DNA of 64,000 nt from Bacillota bacterium (GTDB taxonomy: Bacteria > Bacillota > Limnochordia > Limnochordales > DUMU01). The position numbers and the translations under genes are program-made. Location of the stretch: the NCBI GenBank assembly GCA_012839805.1, contig DUMU01000033.1, positions 309 to 64,308 of the forward strand, given 5' to 3'. The notes beneath the pieces were generated by a model. That model was not told the DNA's origin and did not search any database. It saw only the letters and a list, made by a program, of their open reading frames with translations. Of this stretch, positions 30,203 to 39,053 are shown one piece after another; the first letter of the stretch is position 1; every line of letters begins with the position of its first letter.

Positions 30203-31363
30203 ATGTGGCCGGATCTTAGCCCGCCTCGCCGGTGGTGGGATGGTTTGCCGCTTCCCCTTGCGCTCCTGTGGGGTTTGGCCGTCTTCCTCCTGGGGGTCCG
30301 CCTTTTGGCGCTTTCCCTGGAACAAGCTGCCGGAGACAGAGTGCAGTGGGTGCTGAAACGCCTGGCGGGCTCGCCCTGGCGAGCGTTCCTGTTGGGTACG
30401 GTGGTGGCCGGCACGCTCCACTCGAGCGGTGTCACGGCGGCGAGCAGCATTGCGTTGGTCCACGCCGGGCTCCTTAGCGAGAGCGGCGGTTTGGCCGTTA
30501 TCCTGGGAGCTAACATCGGGACGACCTTCACCGCCCAGCTGGCTGCTTTCTCCTGGGCCGGGCTGGTCGGGCCGCTCCTCCTGGCAGGCTCGTTCCTCGC
30601 CGCGGCCGGCTCGGTTGGGGGGCGTTACGGAGGCAGGAAAGGCCGGCCTTCAGCTTTAGCTTCAGCTTCACCTTCAGCTTCGGCATCGGCTCGTGGCAAC
30701 CCGCCGATGGTCGCCGCCGGCGGAGCCCTGGTGGGGCTCGGGGGCCTCTTTTGGGGAGTCGAGGCGATGGCTGCAGTAGCGGCGGCGTGGGCGACCAAGC
30801 CGGAGGCGACCGTCCTCGTCTCTCGCTTTGCCGGCTCCCCCTGGTCCGCGGCGCTACTTGGCGCCGTGGTAGCTGCCCTCCTTCAAAGCAGCACCGTTAC
30901 CGTGGGGTTGGCCATGGTCTCCCATGCCGAGGGCCTGATACCCTTGCCGGGCGCGGTGGGCGTGGTGCTGGGAGCCAATATCGGCACTTCCTGTCAAGGA
31001 CTCCTGGCGAGCATTGGTACGGATCGCGCGGCCCGCCGCACCGCGTGGGCGGACTTTCTCTTCAATCTCGGCGGGGTGCTGGCCGTACTCCCCTGGGTCG
31101 AGACTCTCTCGCCTTATCTCTCGTCTCTATCCGCGGCCCCCGCCCGCCGGGTAGCCAACGCCCATACCATCTTCAACGTGTTCACCGCGGTGGTGGCCTT
31201 GCGTTGGAATCACCTGCTGCTCCGGTCAGCCTCCTACCTGGTCGATCTTGGACCGGGTTCATCGCCTGCCGGGCGCGGCGGCGTGGCGGCCCGCGCTGCT
31301 GGTGCAGATTGCGCCAAACGACGGGGCTCGCGCTGGTGCAAATTGCACCAACCCGGCCCCTGA
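30203..31363 (+). CDS. Na+/phosphate cotransporter-family (NptA-like) membrane protein
   Basis: Two Na_Pi_cotrans repeats (GTLHSSGVTAASSIALV...ILGANIGTTFTAQL and LLQSSTVTVGLAMV...VLGANIGTSCQ). The C-terminal tail overlaps the palindromic repeats and may not be genuine coding sequence. Confidence 0.8.
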   Translation: MWPDLSPPRRWWDGLPLPLALLWGLAVFLLGVRLLALSLEQAAGDRVQWVLKRLAGSPWRAFLLGTVVAGTLHSSGVTAASSIALVHAGLLSESGGLAVILGANIGTTFTAQLAAFSWAGLVGPLLLAGSFLAAAGSVGGRYGGRKGRPSALASASPSASASARGNPPMVAAGGALVGLGGLFWGVEAMAAVAAAWATKPEATVLVSRFAGSPWSAALLGAVVAALLQSSTVTVGLAMVSHAEGLIPLPGAVGVVLGANIGTSCQGLLASIGTDRAARRTAWADFLFNLGGVLAVLPWVETLSPYLSSLSAAPARRVANAHTIFNVFTAVVALRWNHLLLRSASYLVDLGPGSSPAGRGGVAARAAGADCAKRRGSRWCKLHQPGP

Positions 31364-31522
31364 GCGACCCAACGGAGAGGGTCGAGGCGTCTGCGATAGC
31401 CCAGCTTAAGCAAGCGCGCCCAAACCTGACGCCCGTCCCTGATGCTTGCTTCGGGTCCTAGACCCTCGGGATGGTGCATTTTGCACCACCCGGGGAGGGG
31501 GTGGTTGGTGCATCTTGCACCA
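31300..31522. repeat. four copies of a 17-bp palindrome TGGTGCA-NN-TTGCACCA arranged as two pairs
   Basis: Copies are at 31300-31316 (TGGTGCAGATTGCGCCA), 31334-31350 (TGGTGCAAATTGCACCA), 31472-31488 (TGGTGCATTTTGCACCA) and 31506-31522 (TGGTGCATCTTGCACCA). Spacing within each pair is exactly 34 bp. Confidence 0.75.
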
Positions 31523-31668
31523 GCACCCGTAGGCGGCGTACATTCAGAGCGCTGACGCCGCCGTAGCCGCATTCACAGTGGCGGTGACTGCCGGTCGGGC
31601 CGGCAGGCAGGCGACTCAGCCTGTGGAAATGAGAGAACTGGGAGAAAGTTGAAGCACGGGCGGGAGGT

Positions 31669-32505
31669 ATGCCGGTGTCGTTCTGGCAAGCGATTCTGCT
31701 AGGCGTCGTCCAGGGATTGACCGAGTTTCTTCCGGTCTCGTCGTCGGGGCACCTGGCCCTGACCCAGGCCATTCTCGGGGTTACTCCTGGCCTTGCTTTT
31801 GACGTGCTGCTGCACGTCGCTACGCTCGCGGCCGTGATCGCAGCTTACCGGGCCGACGTGGTCGAGCTGCTCCTGGCCGCCTTGAGCCTGGTTTGGCCGC
31901 GAGCCTGGCGCCGCTCCGACGTCGAACGCCGTGAGAATCTCCGCCTGATCGAAGCTCTGATCATCGGCTCAGTTCCTGCCGCCGCAGCCGGCCTCCTATT
32001 CGAAAAGCAGGTAGCCGGGCTATTCGCCAGTCCGGCTGTGGTCGGTCTTTTCCTCTGGACCACGGCCTTGGTCCTGCTCGCGGCAGAACGGAGCGCCCGG
32101 TCTCGCCCCGCCTCCCGCACCTCGGAGACCCCGACCTTCAGTCAAAGTTTGTACGTAGGTTTAGCTCAGGCGGTGGCCCTCTTCCCCGGGGTTTCCCGGT
32201 CGGGTATGACGGTGACGGCGGGCCTTCTCTCCGGGCTTTCCCGGCAGGGGGCAGCCCGGTTCTCCTTCCTGCTCTCCATCCCGGTCATCCTGGGTGCCGG
32301 TTTGGTGCAAATCCCCGATCTCGCCCACTCGCTGGGCGCCGAGACGGGAGCGTGGTTGAGCTACCTCCTGGGCGCTCTTTCCGCTGCCCTTTCGGGCTAT
32401 GCTGCCATTTGGCTCTTCGTGCGGCTCATCGTGCGGGGCCGCTTCACCCCGTTCATCCTGTACCTGGCGGCAGCTGGTATGCTCGCCCTGCTTTTCCTCC
32501 GGTGA
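31669..32505 (+). CDS. uppP: undecaprenyl-diphosphate phosphatase
   Basis: Sequence FWQAILLGVVQGLTEFLPVSSSGHL and the C-terminal PGVSRSGMTVTAG motif are present. An alternative GTG start at 31675 has better SD spacing. Confidence 0.9.
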   Translation: MPVSFWQAILLGVVQGLTEFLPVSSSGHLALTQAILGVTPGLAFDVLLHVATLAAVIAAYRADVVELLLAALSLVWPRAWRRSDVERRENLRLIEALIIGSVPAAAAGLLFEKQVAGLFASPAVVGLFLWTTALVLLAAERSARSRPASRTSETPTFSQSLYVGLAQAVALFPGVSRSGMTVTAGLLSGLSRQGAARFSFLLSIPVILGAGLVQIPDLAHSLGAETGAWLSYLLGALSAALSGYAAIWLFVRLIVRGRFTPFILYLAAAGMLALLFLR

Positions 32506-32622
32506 ACTGCAGGAGACGGATCTGCTCCGCGAGAAAACTACTGCCACAGAGTGAAGGCAGAGGAGGTCGTGACTGCGAGCGGACCTGCACCGTCTGACGG
32601 TTGCTACCATAACTTGCACAGG

Positions 32623-32651
32623 TTGACTCTACTACACCCGGCGTGTATAAT
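32623..32651 (+). promoter_or_regulatory. sigma-A-type promoter upstream of the Liv operon
   Basis: TTGACT (32623-32628), a 17-nt spacer, then TATAAT (32646-32651). It lies 62 nt upstream of the binding-protein start. Confidence 0.55.
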
Positions 32652-32712
32652 CTTCCAAAACCGGCGGCAGGGCCGGATAGGGCGAAGTGCTGCGACGGAA
32701 AGGGGTAGGCTC

Positions 32713-33900
32713 ATGGGTAGTAGGTTGGGTAGGATTCCTTGCCGACTCGGTCTCACTGCCATGGTTTTCACCGGGTTACTGGCTTTGGTCTTGGGTGCGT
32801 CGCCGGTGGCTTCCGCGGCTCAGTCCATCAAGATCGGCGTCGTGGGACCGCTTTCGGGCGATGCGGCAACGTTCGGTAACTCGGTGAAGAACGCGGTTAA
32901 GTTGTACTTCGACGAGATCAACAAGCAGGGCGGTATCCGGGGAGTCCGCATCGAGATTATTGCCCTGGATGACAAGGCCGAACCGAACGAAGGTGCCAAC
33001 GCGGTTCGCCGCCTTATCGATCGGGAGAAAGTGACCGCGATCATCGGAACGACGACCTCAGGACCCATGACGGCTGCGGCTCCTTATGCCAATTCCCAGC
33101 GCGTACCCATGCTCAGTCCGACCGCTACCAAAGAGGGGCTAACCGACATCGGGCCCTACATCTTCCGGGTCTGTTTCGTCGACGACTTCCAGGGAGAGGC
33201 CATGGCAAGGTTTGCCCGGGAAAACCTGAAGATCAAAAAGGCGGCCATTCTCTACGACAACTCTGACCCGTATAGTAGCGGCCTCGCCAATTCTTTCAGC
33301 CGGTATTTCATCCAGTTCGGAGGAGAGATCGTCCGGAAGGAGGCTTTCGGTGGCGGCGACCAGGATTTCACCGCCCAGCTTACCCGTATCCGGAACTCGG
33401 GGGCGGAGGCTATCTATACTCCGCTTTACTACACTGACGCCGGGCTCATTGCCAAGCAAGCCAGGCAGCTGGGGATAAAGGTGCCGCTGCTCGGGCCGGA
33501 CGGTTTTGATTCGCCCAAGCTGGTTGAGATCGGCGGCGAAGCCGTAGTGGGGTCGTATTTCACGAACCACTATAGCCCCCATAACAAGGATCCAAAGGCT
33601 CAGGAATTCCTTGCCAAGTACAAGGCGGCGTACGCCACTACTCCTGACGCCCTTGCGGCTTTGGCCTGGGACGCGGCGGACATTATGGCCGACGCGCTGG
33701 AGAAGGCTCTGGCCACTCATGACGTCTCCGACCAGCAAGGAATTCGCGAGTCCATTCGGCAGACGCTCGCCGGCTTGAAGGACTTTCACGGGGTAACCGG
33801 GTATATCACCTTCGATGAACACCGAAACCCCATCAAGGTGGCGTGGATCCTGCAGGTAACCCCGGAGGGGCACCGGGTCGTCACCACGATCAAACCGTAA
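32713..33900 (+). CDS. branched-chain amino-acid ABC transporter substrate-binding protein (LivJ/LivK-like)
   Basis: Signal peptide followed by IKIGVVGPLSGDAATFG. Peripla_BP_6-like sequence throughout. Confidence 0.85.
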   Translation: MGSRLGRIPCRLGLTAMVFTGLLALVLGASPVASAAQSIKIGVVGPLSGDAATFGNSVKNAVKLYFDEINKQGGIRGVRIEIIALDDKAEPNEGANAVRRLIDREKVTAIIGTTTSGPMTAAAPYANSQRVPMLSPTATKEGLTDIGPYIFRVCFVDDFQGEAMARFARENLKIKKAAILYDNSDPYSSGLANSFSRYFIQFGGEIVRKEAFGGGDQDFTAQLTRIRNSGAEAIYTPLYYTDAGLIAKQARQLGIKVPLLGPDGFDSPKLVEIGGEAVVGSYFTNHYSPHNKDPKAQEFLAKYKAAYATTPDALAALAWDAADIMADALEKALATHDVSDQQGIRESIRQTLAGLKDFHGVTGYITFDEHRNPIKVAWILQVTPEGHRVVTTIKP

Positions 33901-34070
33901 ACCGCCGCCAGGCGCACGGCGCCGCGAGGCGGGAGCGATGGGCGTGAAGGCAGTATCCCTGCCGCCCAGCACGAAGGAGAAGACGGTCACAGAGGGGCGG
34001 CCGACCCGAAGGAGCGGTCGCCCCCTTCCGCGATTGTGGCCGAACCGGACCACGAGGGGCGTAACGGTAA

Positions 34071-34949
34071 ATGGTGGAGATAATTCAGCAATTGATCAAT
34101 GGGCTATCGCTCGGTAGCATCTATGCACTGATTGCCCTGGGTTACACGATGGTTTACGGGGTTTTGAAGCTAATCAACTTTGCCCACGGTGATGTATACA
34201 TGGTGGGCGCATTCGCGGGCTTTTTCGCGGCCACCTCCTTCGGATGGGGGTTTTTCCCCACCTTGCTTTTCGCCATGGCCGTGGCTGCCGTCCTCGGGCT
34301 CCTGATCGAAAGGGTAGCCTATCGTCCCCTGCGAAACGCGTCGCGCATTGCCGCGTTGATCACGGCCATTGGCGTCTCGCTCTTTCTGGAGAACCTGGGG
34401 ATCCTGATACTGCATCCTGATCCGCGTGCCTTCCCCGACCTGATCGGGCTTCGTACCTTCGAGATCGGCCCGCTATTGATCAACAATCGCCAGCTGGTGA
34501 TCATCGGTACTTCCGTCCTGCTCATGCTGCTGCTTCATTACATCGTTACGAGGACGAAGATGGGGAAGGCGATGCGAGCGGTGGCCGAGGACGGGGAGAC
34601 CAGCCGGTTGATGGGGATCAATATCGACCGGACCATTGCTTTCACCTTCGCCCTCGGTTCAGCCCTGGCGGCCGCGGCGGGAGTGCTGGTCGGGATTTAC
34701 TACACCCGCATCGATCCGCTCATGGGCTTCATGCCCGGGCTGAAGGCTTTCGTCGCCGCGGTGCTGGGCGGCATCGGCCTTATTCCCGGGGCGATGCTCG
34801 GGGGGCTGGTCATGGGCATCGCAGAAGTGTTCGTGGTCGCGTTCATCAGTTCTAGCTGGAAAGACGGGGTGGCCTTTGCCATCCTCATCTTGATCCTGCT
34901 GCTCAAGCCCTCCGGTCTCCTGGGAAGGGCAGCACGAGAGAAGGCGTGA
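34071..34949 (+). CDS. livH: branched-chain amino-acid ABC transporter permease
   Basis: Typical LivH N-terminus QQLINGLSLGSIYALIALGYTMVYGVLKLINFAHGD. Confidence 0.9.
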   Translation: MVEIIQQLINGLSLGSIYALIALGYTMVYGVLKLINFAHGDVYMVGAFAGFFAATSFGWGFFPTLLFAMAVAAVLGLLIERVAYRPLRNASRIAALITAIGVSLFLENLGILILHPDPRAFPDLIGLRTFEIGPLLINNRQLVIIGTSVLLMLLLHYIVTRTKMGKAMRAVAEDGETSRLMGINIDRTIAFTFALGSALAAAAGVLVGIYYTRIDPLMGFMPGLKAFVAAVLGGIGLIPGAMLGGLVMGIAEVFVVAFISSSWKDGVAFAILILILLLKPSGLLGRAAREKA

Positions 34950-34956
34950 CCGGTTC

Positions 34957-36126
34957 ATGGAAGGCGAGAATCTGCCGCCCGCAAGTTCATCCGGCGTGTC
35001 AAGTGCATCAACTGCATCAAGTGCAGTAAATGCTTCCCGGAACATCCGGCCAAGGTTGACGCCTGGCTGGCGTTTCGGGGTTTATTTCATTGCGTTCGCC
35101 GGTCTTCTCTGGCTGAATGTCTGGGCTTATCTGGGACGCTTTGACTACTACGTTCTCGGCATCATCATGATGATGGGGATCAACACGATCCTCGCCACCA
35201 GCCTCAACCTGATCAACGGCTTTGCCGGGCAGTTTGCCATCGGGCATGCGGGGTTCATGGCCATCGGGGCGTACACCGCAGCGCTACTGACCATGCACGC
35301 GCGCGTTTCCTTCGCACTCGCCCTGGTTTTGGGAGGGCTCGCCGCGGGAGCGGTGGGTCTTTTCATCGGTATACCTACGCTGCGGCTCCGCGGCGATTAC
35401 CTGGCCATCGCTACTCTGGGGCTGGGTGAGATCATCCGGGTGATCATCGTAAACCTCCCCATCACCGGGGGAGCGTTCGGGTTGAGCGGCATCCTGCCGT
35501 ATACCACGTTTTTCTGGGTCGAGGGTGCGGTCATTCTCACCCTGGTCGTGCTTTCGAACTTCATCCGGTCAAGCCACGGGCGAGCCTTGCTCGCCGTCAG
35601 GGAGGACGAGTTCGCCGCCGAGGCGGTGGGAGTCCCCACCACCTACTACAAGGTCCTGGCTTTCGTAATGGGATCCTTCTTTGCCGGCGTTGCCGGGGGT
35701 CTGTTCGCTCACTACCTTCTTTTCATCGATCCTTCGCAGTTCGGGATCATCCGTTCGATTGACATTCTCATCATGGTGGTACTGGGGGGTCTCGGGAGCC
35801 TGTCCGGCTCGGTGGTGGCCGCGATCGTCCTCACCGCGTTGCCCGAGTATCTGCGGGGCTTTGCCGAATACCGTATGGTGGCCTACTCGGCCCTTCTCAT
35901 CCTGATCATGCTGGTGCGGCCCGCGGGTCTCTTCGGGCGGGTGGAAATATGGGAGCTTCTGAACCGCGGGCGGCCGTGTTCGAGACCAGGTGCGGGTCCG
36001 GGTGCAGGTCCCGGCCCAGGCCCGGGCCCGGGCTCGACCGGTCCGGGGCCGGAGCCTCGGACTAAGGCTGAGTCCGGGATGAAGCCGGGGCTAGAGCCGG
36101 CCGGCAGGCAGGAGGTGACCGGTTGA
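34957..36126 (+). CDS. livM: branched-chain amino-acid ABC transporter permease with Gly/Pro-repeat C-terminal tail
   Basis: LivM-like core (SLNLINGFAGQFAIGHAGFMAIGAY, LRGDYLAIATLGLGEI). Tail sequence PGAGPGAGPGPGPGPGSTGPGPEP. Confidence 0.85.
   Translation: MEGENLPPASSSGVSSASTASSAVNASRNIRPRLTPGWRFGVYFIAFAGLLWLNVWAYLGRFDYYVLGIIMMMGINTILATSLNLINGFAGQFAIGHAGFMAIGAYTAALLTMHARVSFALALVLGGLAAGAVGLFIGIPTLRLRGDYLAIATLGLGEIIRVIIVNLPITGGAFGLSGILPYTTFFWVEGAVILTLVVLSNFIRSSHGRALLAVREDEFAAEAVGVPTTYYKVLAFVMGSFFAGVAGGLFAHYLLFIDPSQFGIIRSIDILIMVVLGGLGSLSGSVVAAIVLTALPEYLRGFAEYRMVAYSALLILIMLVRPAGLFGRVEIWELLNRGRPCSRPGAGPGAGPGPGPGPGSTGPGPEPRTKAESGMKPGLEPAGRQEVTG
35986..36056 (+). repeat. GGN-CCN simple-sequence tract encoding a (Gly-Pro/Ala)n tail
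   Basis: Sequence ccaggtgcgggtccgggtgcaggtcccggcccaggcccgggcccgggc... lies inside the 3' end of livM. Confidence 0.7.
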
Positions 36127-36914
36127 TGGCAGTTCAACCCGAGCCGCCCCTCTTGGAGGTAGAGTCGCTGACCATGGCTTTCGGCGGTCTGGTGGCGGTG
36201 AGCCAGTTCAACCTCCGTCTGGAACGGGGGGAACTGGTCGCCCTCATCGGTCCGAACGGCGCCGGCAAGACCACGGTCTTCAACTGCCTGACGGGGGTTT
36301 ACACGCCGACCGCGGGCTCGATCCGGCTCCGGGGGCGCAACATCGTGGGTTGGCCGCCGCACCGGGTGGCCAGGGCGGGTGTGGCTCGCACCTTCCAGAA
36401 CATCCGCCTCTTCCGGGACCTGGAGGTGCTGGACAACGTCCGCATCGCGGCCCATCTACGCCAGCAGGCGACGCTGGCCGAGGCGATCCTGCGCTTGCCG
36501 CGCTTTCGGCGCGAAGAACGGCGCCTGGCCGCCGAGGCCTACGAGTTGCTGGAGCTGGTAGGTCTGAGCCACCGGGCGCACCAACTGGCGAAGACTCTTC
36601 CCTACGGTGAACAGCGCCGGCTGGAGATCGCCCGGGCGCTGGCCACCCATCCCGTGCTGCTGCTCCTCGACGAACCGGCGGCCGGCATGAACCCGCAGGA
36701 GACCGATACTTTGACCGGTCTCATCGATCTGATTCGCGACCGTTTCGGCCTTACGATACTCCTCATCGAGCACGACATGCGACTCGTGATGCGCATTGCC
36801 CCCCGCATCCTCGTACTTGACTACGGCCAGACCATCGCCGAGGGTTCACCCGAACAGATCCGCACCGATCCCCGGGTCATCCAGGCCTATCTGGGTGAGG
36901 AGGCGGTGGGCTGA
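36123..36914 (+). CDS. livG: branched-chain amino-acid ABC transporter ATP-binding protein
   Basis: Walker A GPNGAGKTT, signature YGEQRRLEIARAL, Walker B LLLLDEPAAG and H-loop IEHDM are present. Confidence 0.9.
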   Translation: MMAVQPEPPLLEVESLTMAFGGLVAVSQFNLRLERGELVALIGPNGAGKTTVFNCLTGVYTPTAGSIRLRGRNIVGWPPHRVARAGVARTFQNIRLFRDLEVLDNVRIAAHLRQQATLAEAILRLPRFRREERRLAAEAYELLELVGLSHRAHQLAKTLPYGEQRRLEIARALATHPVLLLLDEPAAGMNPQETDTLTGLIDLIRDRFGLTILLIEHDMRLVMRIAPRILVLDYGQTIAEGSPEQIRTDPRVIQAYLGEEAVG

Positions 36915-37618
36915 TGCTCGAACTACAGGATGTTCACGTGTACTACGGCGGCATTCATGCCCTGAAGGGGGTCTCCCTGACGGTCGAAGAGCGGGAGATC
37001 GTTACCTTGATCGGGGCGAACGGCGCCGGGAAGAGCACGACGCTGAGGACGGTTTCCGGGCTCGTGCGTCCCCGATCGGGAAAGATCCTGTTCGAAGGGA
37101 AACCCATCCAAAACTTGCGGGCAGACCAGATCGCGGCCCGGGGGATCGCCCAGGTGCCGGAAGGCCGTAGGGTTTTTGCCACTTTGACGGTTCGGGAAAA
37201 CCTGGAGATGGGCGCATATTGCCGCCGGGACCGGCAGGAAGTGCGGGCCGACATGGACCGGGTGTTTCACTTGTTTCCCCGATTGCAGGAGCGGGAAAAG
37301 CAGCTGGGTGGCACCCTCTCCGGTGGTGAACAGCAAATGCTCGCCATCGGCCGGGCGCTGATGGCCCGGCCGCGACTCCTGCTCCTCGACGAACCCTCCA
37401 TGGGGCTTGCTCCCTTGCTGGTCACGGAGATCTTTCGCATCATCCAGGAGATCAACAAGGCGGGAACGACGATTTTGCTGGTGGAGCAGAACGCGAATCA
37501 GGCCCTGCGGATCGGCCGTCGGGCTTACGTTCTTCAGTCGGGCGAGGTGGTCATGAGCGGCCCGGCGGCGAAGGTGGCGGCCGACCCGGAAATCCGGCGG
37601 GCTTATCTTGGGGGCTGA
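36914..37618 (+). CDS. livF: branched-chain amino-acid ABC transporter ATP-binding protein
   Basis: Walker A GANGAGKST, signature LSGGEQQMLAIGRAL and Walker B LLLLDEPSMGL are present. Confidence 0.9.
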   Translation: MLELQDVHVYYGGIHALKGVSLTVEEREIVTLIGANGAGKSTTLRTVSGLVRPRSGKILFEGKPIQNLRADQIAARGIAQVPEGRRVFATLTVRENLEMGAYCRRDRQEVRADMDRVFHLFPRLQEREKQLGGTLSGGEQQMLAIGRALMARPRLLLLDEPSMGLAPLLVTEIFRIIQEINKAGTTILLVEQNANQALRIGRRAYVLQSGEVVMSGPAAKVAADPEIRRAYLGG

Positions 37619-37770
37619 ACTTTATTGGGAGCGTAATCCCGCTGCGACGACGCCGGAGCCGGGGTCGGGCCCGGCCCCGGCCGGAACACCGCCGTCGCCG
37701 CTGGTGGGACGGGTGGCAGCCGGGCATCTGGCTTGCGCTGCCCGTAGCGGCTCTCCTGATCTTTGCGCTC

Positions 37771-38946
37771 TTGTCGAGCCTCTGGCCCCGTTGGATCGCT
37801 CCGCTTTTCCTGCGGACGGCTCCCGTTCTGCCGGGACCTCTGGTGGCGTCGGCATCCGGCGATGGTTTGGTGATCCGGCAGGAAGAGGTGCTGCGGGCCC
37901 CCCTTTCCGGCCGTTTCGACGCCTTCGTTGCCGAAGGGGAACGGGTGACCGGCCGGCAGGTGGTGGGACAGGTGGCGGGCGAGCCGGTGATCGCTCCCCA
38001 CGCGGGCGTGATCCGGTACTCCTGGGACGGTCAGGAGCAACTGTGGGAGGTAGCTCGGCTCCTGGATGAGGCCCGCCTGCCGGGGACGGCGGTGGCGGGA
38101 GTGCGACGCCAGGGAGCCGGGCTGGCGCGACGCCGGGACGGCGAGCACGTCCGCGGCGGCGATCCGGTGGCCCGGCTGGTCGAGCCCTTCGGGGCGGATC
38201 TGGTGGTCTGGCTGGCGCAAGACGCGTCCGGGTGGCTGCCTCTTCCAGGCTCGAGGTCATCATGGACGGTCCAGGGGGTGCCGGCGCGTCTTGTGACCTG
38301 GCGCCTGGTGGGCAAGGAAGGGATGCAGGCGGAAGGGGAACGGGTAGAAGGGCAGCGGATGGCTGCGGTCGTCCATCTCCAGCTGCAGGGATTGCCACCG
38401 TCCTGGATGGATCAGAGAGTGGTTCATACGAAGGTAGAGTACACCGTCACCACGGCCGGGCGGCTTGTCCCTCTTTCGGCGCTCTGGGTGCGTTCCGGCC
38501 GCCTGGGGGTGTATCTGCGGCCCAAGACCGGGGGAATCCAGCCGATCTGGGCGCCGGTGGAGCTGGTTGCCGTCTGGTCGCCCCGCGACCAGGTGGCCAT
38601 AACCCGGGGACAGGCCGAAGTTCCCGCCTGGCCGGACCGTTTGGCCGAAGCTTCCTTTGGGATGCCGGACCGGCGCCCGGAGCCCGAGGCCTGGCAGCGG
38701 CGCGAAGAGGCCTGGCGGCGGCTTCACGGGTGGCTCGTATACGGGCCGGCGAGCAGTTCGGGCGCAGGCGGCGAGCAGGCCGGCGCCGGGCAACGGGGTG
38801 AGACGGGCGTCCCGGCCGATCTGGCCGGGAAACCTCCGGACGGTCCGGTCGCCGCCTGGTTAGGCTTGCAGGACGGGGTAGCGGCGGTAGAAGGTTTGCC
38901 GGCGGGGGCTCGGGTGGTGACCAACCCGGGATGGGTCATGCGCTGA
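37771..38946 (+). CDS. membrane-anchored hypothetical protein with HlyD-like barrel-sandwich (lipoyl-like) segment; true start probably upstream at a non-canonical codon
   Basis: Contains LSGRFDAFVAEGERVTGRQVVGQVAGEPVIAPHAGVIRY. The frame is open upstream of TTG 37771 and encodes RRRR...WLALPVAALLIFALL, a TM helix that the TTG start would cut. Confidence 0.5.
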   Translation: MSSLWPRWIAPLFLRTAPVLPGPLVASASGDGLVIRQEEVLRAPLSGRFDAFVAEGERVTGRQVVGQVAGEPVIAPHAGVIRYSWDGQEQLWEVARLLDEARLPGTAVAGVRRQGAGLARRRDGEHVRGGDPVARLVEPFGADLVVWLAQDASGWLPLPGSRSSWTVQGVPARLVTWRLVGKEGMQAEGERVEGQRMAAVVHLQLQGLPPSWMDQRVVHTKVEYTVTTAGRLVPLSALWVRSGRLGVYLRPKTGGIQPIWAPVELVAVWSPRDQVAITRGQAEVPAWPDRLAEASFGMPDRRPEPEAWQRREEAWRRLHGWLVYGPASSSGAGGEQAGAGQRGETGVPADLAGKPPDGPVAAWLGLQDGVAAVEGLPAGARVVTNPGWVMR

Positions 38947-39053
38947 AGACCTCGAAGACCTGCCGGGAAGGAGCGCCGAGAGAGAGGGAATCGCGGCTCG
39001 CCAGAGAAAGTAGGAGACGATAGGGTGGTACTGTACGCCACGAAAAGAGGGCG

